In this document: piece after piece, positions 56,611 through 64,000 of the stretch
Layout of the letters: each line of letters opens with the position of its first letter
How positions within the stretch are numbered: position 1 is the first letter of the stretch
Notes under the pieces: model-generated
What the model saw: the letters and a program-made list of their open reading frames with translations, nothing else
Told to the model about the DNA's origin: nothing
Databases searched by the model: none
Position numbers and translations under genes: made by a program
Assembly (NCBI GenBank): GCA_964016885.1
Contig: OZ024741.1
Coordinates: 133,114,001-133,178,000, forward strand
DNA: 64,000 nucleotides
DNA from: Eledone cirrhosa
Taxonomy: Eukaryota
Direction of reading: 5' to 3'

Positions 56611-58204
56611 TATCATCATCTTCGTTTAACGTCTATCTTCCACGCTAGCATGGGTTTAGACGGGAATTGTCCCACTTGAAGCAAGATTGGTTGTCTTGCT
56701 TGTATAGGACTATCTGGCAGGTTTTCTACGGCTGGATGACCTTCCTAACACCAACCACATTTACAGTGTGGAACTGGGAACTTTTTACCGTGTTACCTAC
56801 ACGGCCACATTACAGCGTGGACTGTGTGTGTTTTTTGTTGTGACACCTACACGATCTCGATCTCATTTTCTCGTGCTGTTGGTGGGAGTGGGAGGATAGG
56901 GTAGGGGTAGTGGATTGGGGTGTATATTTGGTTAAGAGGTGCCTATTGACTGTAGGTTTCGCTTTGTACATAGGCAAGGCGGGTCTTCTGTATTACTGCC
57001 AAAGATCTTGGTCCAGAGACATTGTCTTAGAGAGATGTAAGTATGTGAGGTCGGAATTTATCAGATCATCCCAGGTTTTTCTGGGTCTACCTACTCTGTA
57101 ACTACCATCAATTTTGATCGCCCCGCACTTTTTTATGCAGCTGTCGTCTTTCATGCGCATCAAGTGACCATACCAACGTAGTCTTCTCTCAAGTAAACAG
57201 CATCTGATCCCTCTTATTCCTAATTTCTCACTTAGTTCAGTTATTCTTTGCCGTTCACGTATATTATTATTACACATCCAACGGAGCATGCATGCTTCGT
57301 TCCTTTCCAGTCTACGCAGGTCCTCTGCACGTAATGCCCATGTCTCACTGCCATGTAGCATTGCTGTTCGTATACAGGCATCATACAATCTGCCTTTCAT
57401 TTTTAGAGAGAAACCTTTTATGGCCAACAGCGGTATAAGCTCTCTGAACTTTTTCCATCCCGTTCTGACTCTGGCTACTGTACTTTCAGAACACCCTCCA
57501 CCACTGCTGATTTTGTCACCTAGGTAACGGAAGGTGTCCACTATTTCTATAGAACCATCTGGGCAATAGAAGGAGCTAGTATCCTTTGGACACTTGCTAC
57601 TTATTGCACCTGAGCATTGGCCACATATAAAGTCTACGTTCTTAGATAGTTTACCTGTGATCCCACTACATCTTTTATGTACCCATACTTTGCATTTGGG
57701 ACATAAAATGGAATTTCTGCCTACTCCTTTCCTACACACTGAGCATGGCCATTTCCCTGAGGGCACCTGTGCCCTATTTTCCTTTCTGCAAACTAGAACT
57801 TTAGTCTTAGACAAGTTAACTTTAAGGCCTTTTGATTCTAGGGCATGCTTCCATGTTTCAAATTTCTTCTCCAGTTCAGCCATTGATTCAGCTATGAGCA
57901 TTAGATCATCTGCGTATAGGAGTTCCCATGGGCAGCCGGTCTTGAACTCCTCTGTTATAGCCTGAAGGGCAATAATAAATAAGAGGGGGCTAAGGACAGA
58001 GCCTTGATGAACGCCAACTTTTACACTAAATTCTTCAAAATATTCATTGTTAATTCTAACCTTACTGACTGTTTCATTATACATAGCTTGTATAGCTCTC
58101 ACAAGCCATTCATCTACACCTAGTTTTCTAAGAGCCCACCAGATAATGGAGCGAGGGACTCTGTCAAAAGCTTTCTCCAGGTCTACAAAAGCTAAGTAGA
58201 GGGG
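56611..58204 (-). mobile_element. RTE LINE 3' half with largely intact RT frame
   Basis: ORF 56993-58102 with GVHQGSVLSP, YADD, the PHD-like finger and FRYLG, then 3' UTR and tail. Confidence 0.96.
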
Positions 58205-58547
58205 TGTATATATATATATATATATATACTGTTGGCTTCTTGCTACAATACTTTCTATACCTTCATTTATATATATATATATTAATAATCAACAAACCAT
58301 ATAACTCATTGTTTATATATATATATATATAGTGGTTAGAGCGTTGGGCTTGCAATTGAGAGGTTTTGAGTTCGATTCCCAGGACAATTAGAGTGTACAC
58401 ATGTGTTAATAAGTGAGAAAGATGACTTCATGTGGGTAGGAAAATTGAATACCTGGGCTGATGCACCACTTTCTACGATTCCATTCTGCTGGCAGTGGTT
58501 CGAGTGGAACCACCACGTGCAGAAATTAGGTAATGTTAGTTTGCATT

Positions 58548-58731
58548 GTGGATTGGCAGTATCGGTAGAGGGTTTGACGCCATGCTTTCCAGCATAGTTA
58601 CGTCCCTTTATGATCTGAGTTCAAATCCCGCCGAGGTTGACTTTGCCTTTCATCCTTACGGGGTCGATAAAATAAAGTACCAGTAACGCACTGGGTAATT
58701 GCTGGCCTTGTGCCTAAAGTAGAAACAATTA
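58548..58731 (+). mobile_element. SINE family A, near full length
   Basis: A and B boxes and central domain as at 43850. Confidence 0.85.
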
Positions 58732-59332
58732 TGTAATTTGGAAGGAAACTGCGTGGTTAGCAGGAGTTTGCCTGTCTGTAATGGAAACTTCTGTATAGTG
58801 TGCTAATACATCCCATTGCTGGACACCAGTGAATGTAGTAGTAGGTCTCAACTTTTAGTGATGTGTGATGTTACATCAAAGGGAAGATAAGACCTGATCA
58901 TTTACAGGAAACACTCGTTGGCATTGATTCAAATTGAAAAAAAATGACCATGCCAAAAGCACTCTACCAAGGTGCTTTCATATAGAAAACAAAGACAGGG
59001 TAGCAAACAATAAATAAATCGAACTAGAATATATATATATATGACGTTAAACGAAGATGATGATGATATTCTGATATATAACTAGAATATATATATATAT
59101 TTCAACAATTCTGTTCTGCCAGGAGAACGGAATCGGTCCAGGTATCTCAATTTTCCTATCTGCACTGTAAATAAGGTTGGCGTTAAGAAAGGCATCCGGC
59201 TGTTGAAACCAAGCCAAAATTAGTCCTGTATGAACAAGACATGGTCACCTGACCAAGCATTGCCGACAGCAGGACAACTCGTCTAACCCATGTTAGCGTA
59301 GAAACTGGATGTAAAACGGTGATGATGATGAT

Positions 59333-60530
59333 ACCGATGACCTCTTTCTGGTGAGACAACTACTAGAGAGGTACTTAGCTAAGAGTAAGCAACTGTATCT
59401 CGTATTTGTAGATATGGCAGGCTCATAGGAAGCTAGGGGTAGACGAAGGGTTTGTGAGGGCATGCAGGCCTTGTATAAAGTAGCAACCAGCAGAGTGGGA
59501 GTTGGTAATGAGTAAAGTGATGAATTTGAAGTGCAGGTGGGGGTGCACCAGGGATCAGTTCTCAGTCCACTCGTGTTTATCATCATCCTTCAGGTCATCT
59601 TTGAGGATTTTAAAACTGGCACTTCAGGGGAGCTCCTATATGCTGATGACCTAGTCCTCATAGCTGAATCTGAAGAAGAGTTAGAAGCAAAATTTCAGGC
59701 ATGGAAAAAACCAAGAGTCGAAAAGGCGAAAAGTAAATTTAGCAAAAACGAAAATCTTAATAAGTAGGAAAGAAGATAGGAAGTTGATATCATTAGGAAA
59801 GTCGCCTTGTTCAATATGTCAGAAAGGAGTGGGCAGAAATTCCATAAGGTCTACACTATGTAAATTATGGATGCACAAGAGATGTATTGGTATTGCAGGT
59901 AACCTAATGGAAATATATAGACTTTATATGTGGCAGATGTGCAGGGGAAGTGAGCACAAAGATCATACATGAAATAGATTCCCCCAGTTGCCGGGGTGGG
60001 GGGGCTCCATAGAAGTTATTGACTGCTTTTACTATCTAAGCAATCAAAATAGTAGTTGCTCTGAAAGTGTGATAGCTAGGATAAGAATAGGCTGGAAGAA
60101 GTTTAGAAATCTGTTACTACTGCTAACAACAATATGTTTTTCTCTCGTAGTGAAAGGTAGACTGTAGGATGTCTGTGTGCAAACTGCAATGTTACATGGC
60201 ACTGAAACATGGGCCACATATAAAGTCTATATTTTCCATGAGCCTACCTGCAATCCCGTACATCTCCTGTGCATCCATAATTTACATTGTGTGCACCTTA
60301 TGGAATTTCTGCCCACCCCTTTCTGACATATTGAACAAGGCCACTTTCCTAATGGTATCACCTTCCTGTCTTCTTTCCTACTTATTAAGACTTTCGTTTT
60401 TGCTAACACCTGTGGAGGATAGAAAGAAATGAGTCGTGTTTGCTCCAATGGATGTGTAGTATTAGTGAGCATGAGCAAACTGAGGAAAAAACATGGCATA
60501 AGAGGAATTGAATGTAGTGTGCAAGAGAGA
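59333..60530 (+). mobile_element. Decayed RTE LINE containing an inverted copy of its own finger segment (60214-60410)
   Basis: GVHQGSVLSP and YADD on plus. 60214-60410 is the reverse complement of ~59740-59933. Confidence 0.85.
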
Positions 60531-61109
60531 GGTGTGTGTATATATATATATATACATATATATAGAGAGAGAGAAGTTGTGTGTGTGTATATATGTATAA
60601 TATATAAAGAGAGAGAGGTGTGTGTGTGTGTATATATATGCCTATATAGAGAGAGAGATATACATCAAGGTCATGAGACCAGGTCATGAAAGTTACAAGA
60701 GTTATCGCACAGCTAATTGGGGACTGAACTAACTTAGATGAGATGGAGTTTGGGTTTGTGCTGGGTAAAAGTACCACTGATGCCCTCTTCTTTGTGTGGC
60801 AACTGCAGCAAAAGTACCTAGCTAGAAGCAGCCTAAAGGCCCTTGTGGCTAATAAATGAAACCATGGGTAATTGCTGGCCTTGTGCCTAACGTAGAAACA
60901 GTTATTATATAAAGGAGGGTAGAGGGTCGGACGCCATGCTTTGAAGCATAGAGTTACCTCCCTTTATGATCTGAGTTCAAATCCCGCCGGGGTTAACTTT
61001 GCCTTTCATCCTTACAGGGTCGATAAAATTAAGTACCAGTAATGCACTGGGTAATTGCTGGCCTTGTGCCAAAAGTAGAAACAATTATTATATAAAGGAG
61101 GCATATTAA

Positions 61110-62340
61110 AGGGAGATAACTATAGAAGCATCAAGTTAATGAAACAGATCATGAAAGTTGCTGAAAGGGTTATTACACAACTACTTAGAGACAGAATAAG
61201 GTTAGATGAGATACAGTTTGGATTTATGCCAGGTACTACCAATGCCCTCTTTCTGGTGAGACAGTTACTGGAGAGGTACTTGGCTAAGAGTAAGCCACTG
61301 TATCTAGCATTTGTAGATATTGAGAAGGCCTTTGATAGTATCACATGTTCTGTAATCTTCTGGGCACATAGGAAGCTAGATATAGACAAATGGCGTGTGA
61401 GGACCGTGAAGGCCATGTATAAAGGAGCAACCAGCAGAGTGAGAGTTGGCAATGAGTACAGTGATGAATTGGAAGTGCATGTGGGGTCCACCAGGGCTCA
61501 GTCCTCAGTCCATTTCTATTTATCATTCTTCTTCAGGCCATCACTGAAGAGTTTAAAACTGGCACACCATGGGAACTCCTGTATGCTAATGACATGGTTC
61601 TTATAGCTGAATCAGACATGGAAGAAACTAGAGTTGAAAAGCCTAAAAGTAAATTAGGAGAAGGCAAAAGTCATAATAAGTAGGATACCATCAAGGAAGT
61701 GGTCATGTTTAATATATCAAAGAGAGGTGAGCAGAAATTCCATAAAGTGCACACAGTATAATCTATGGATGCACAAGAGATGTAGAGGGATTGCAGGTAG
61801 GTTGACGGAAAAGATAGACTTTGTATGCGGCAGAAGTAAGCACTAAGATTCCTTCAGCTGCCAGGAAGGCTCCTTAGATGTTGACAGCTTTTGTTACATA
61901 GAGCTGTTACCTCTGCTGACAACAAATGGCTTCTCTCTCAGCATGAAGGATAGACTATATGATGCCTGTGTGTGAACTGCAATTCTACACAGCAGTGAAA
62001 TATGGATCTTGACTGCAGAAGACCTGAGAAGGCTAGAAAGAAATGAATCAAGTATGCTCTGGTAGCAGTATACTATTAGTGTGCATGAACGGCATAGCAT
62101 AAGCAAACTGAGAGAACAACTTGGCATAGGAGGAATCGAATGCAGTCAGCAAGGGAGAAGACTGTGTTGGTGTAGACATGTGATGCATATGGAAGATAGA
62201 AGCTGCAGAAAAAATCCTAGTGGCTGGGAAGAGGCAGACCCAGAAAAAAGACTGACCTTAAAAAAATAAACCTCACAACAGAGATGACAAAGGACTGCAA
62301 GGGTTGGCAATATGCTGAGCTGGTGAAGACCCAGTCAACA
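61110..62340 (+). mobile_element. Decayed RTE LINE RT region
   Basis: NYRSIKL, QFGFMPG, FVDIEKAFD and MHKRC motifs. Confidence 0.85.
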
Positions 62341-62585
62341 GCATATAATATGACCTGACTTATCCCCATGTCCTCTCTATCACTATCACTCCCCAGTAGC
62401 TATCCTTGCCATCACTTTTGAAATGTACATAGTGGGTGTAATTTAATGAAATAAACTAATGCTTAATATTGACACTGTCTTATACCATATACATAATACC
62501 TTGTGGTACCCACAACACAGAATGCTCACATCTGATTACACCATTGTTGGTCAATTGCTTGGATCAACCAACACTGATTATCGAA

Positions 62586-62627
<42 letters not shown>

Positions 62628-62728
62628 TTTCAAGAGATGTCAACATGAATGGGCCTGTTATTTTTATCTAAAGACTTTTTTCCCAATTCCAATCCGCCCA
62701 TCCCTCCAATCTATCTTATTTCTCATTC

Positions 62729-62770
62729 TTTCTTCTGATGAAGGACTAGCGTCTGAAATGTTAAAACCCT
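62729..62770 (+). ncRNA. Degenerate hammerhead-like motif in a possible Penelope-like 3' end
   Basis: CTGATGA-a-GGAC-tagc-GTCT-GAAA-TGT-TA, consistent with CpG decay of ...GTCCGAAACGTTA. Stem I is poor. Confidence 0.4.
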
Positions 62771-62850
62771 CTTCTGGCTATTTCAAGCGTTAACCTAATA
62801 TATTCCTTCCATATACTGTACCGGTTGTGTTGTTATTCCTGTTTAACTTT

Positions 62851-62899
<49 letters not shown>

Positions 62900-63795
62900 A
62901 TAAGTTTCAACTATGGAAACAGAATTTGGAATCAAAAGGTCTGAGAGTAAACTTAGCCAAACCTAAGTGAGTTGGAAAGAAGATAGGACCCTGATTCCTT
63001 CGGGGAAGTAGCCCTACTCAATATATAGAAAAGGAGTTGGCATAAACTCCATACGGTATTCACAATGTAAATCTTGGGTACACAAGAGATGTAGTGAGAT
63101 AACGGGTTGACTAACAGAAAGGGAAGACTTCATATGTAGAAGATGCACAGGGGTAATCGAGCGGAAGAGCGCCAATGATATAAAACTGTTCAAGTCACAG
63201 GAAAGGTCCAAAGAAATGGTTGATAGCTTCTGCTATCTAGATGACTTAATTAGCAGCAGAGACAGGTGCTCCGAGAGTATAATAGCTAGAATAAGGATAG
63301 GATGGAAAAAGTTTAGAGAGCTACTCCCATTGTCGACTACAAAAGGTTTCTCCCCACATACAAAAAAAGGACTGAATGGTGACTGTGTGCAAAGTATGAT
63401 GCTTCATGGTAGTGAAATATGGGTTGTGACTACAGAGGACATGAGTAGACTGGAAAGAAATGAAGTAACCATGCTTCGTTAGATGTGCAATGTAACTGTG
63501 AGAGAAAGGCAGAGCTTAGATGAGTTGAAAGAGAAGCTGGGTTTATGAGGAATCCGAGGTGGTGTGCAAAAGAGGAGACTGCATTGGTATGGACATGTGA
63601 TGGGCATGGATGATGATCGCTGGATAAAGAAATGCCAGGAATTCCCAGTGGAAAGAAGCTACAGTAGAGGTAAACCAAGAAAGACCTCAACAGAAGTGGT
63701 GAAAGCTGACCACAAATTTCTGAGACTTACGGGGGAGATAACATCCAACTCATGCAAGTGTGGAAAAAATGGACATAAAAACGATGATGATGATA
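62900..63795 (+). mobile_element. Decayed RTE LINE 3' part
   Basis: [22 protein letters not shown] and RRLHWYGHVM motifs, (GAT)n tail. Confidence 0.88.
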
Positions 63796-63841
63796 ATATA
63801 TATATATAAAATAATATCTTTCTAAATATATAAAAACATAT

Positions 63842-64000
63842 GGAGGCACATGGCTTAGTGGTTAGAGCATTGGCCTTGCAATCGAAAGATTGTGAGTTCA
63901 ATTCTCAGACCGGGCAATGTGTTGTTTCCTTGAGCAAGACACTTTATTTCACAGTGCTCCAGTTTACTCAGCTGTAGAAATGAGATGATAGGGACTGGGG
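63842..64000 (+). mobile_element. SINE family B 5' part (cut by the window end)
   Basis: TGGCTTAGTGGTTAGAGC A box, GAGTTCAATTC B box, CCTTGAGCAAGACAC core. Confidence 0.85.

Noticed and set aside
58548-58640. tRNA genes at SINE heads (also 63842, 25313, 43850)
   Set aside because: A and B boxes are present, but there is no full cloverleaf and they continue into SINE bodies.

Overview
AT-rich eukaryotic DNA, very rich in (TA)n/(CA)n/(TACA)n microsatellites and transposons. The RTE LINEs with (GAT)n tails and the tRNA-SINE families suggest a mollusc, probably an octopus-like cephalopod (inference). Almost all long ORFs in the track are microsatellite artefacts or LINE fragments. Supported content: (1) about a dozen copies or fragments of RTE-clade LINEs, whose RT ORF carries an inserted C4HC3 (PHD-like) finger; (2) three tRNA-derived SINE families, one sharing its 3' tail with an RTE in the window; (3) DNA transposon remnants: a DD37D/maT mariner, a Buster-type hAT, piggyBac-like and Tc1-like MITEs, and a tandem Helitron-like pair, one unit inflated to about 7.8 kb by nested insertions; (4) a probable first coding exon of a host gene on the minus strand (55147-55018) with ETS/YY1-like motifs, which would make most of the window intronic. 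The most notable signal is a set of about 11 type-I hammerhead ribozyme motifs (CUGAUGA...GAAA...UH) from several sequence families. They sit in non-coding repeats resembling Penelope-like pseudo-LTRs or retrozymes, and three loci are arranged as long head-to-head palindromes with one ribozyme on each strand. All calls were made by eye, and many element boundaries are approximate.
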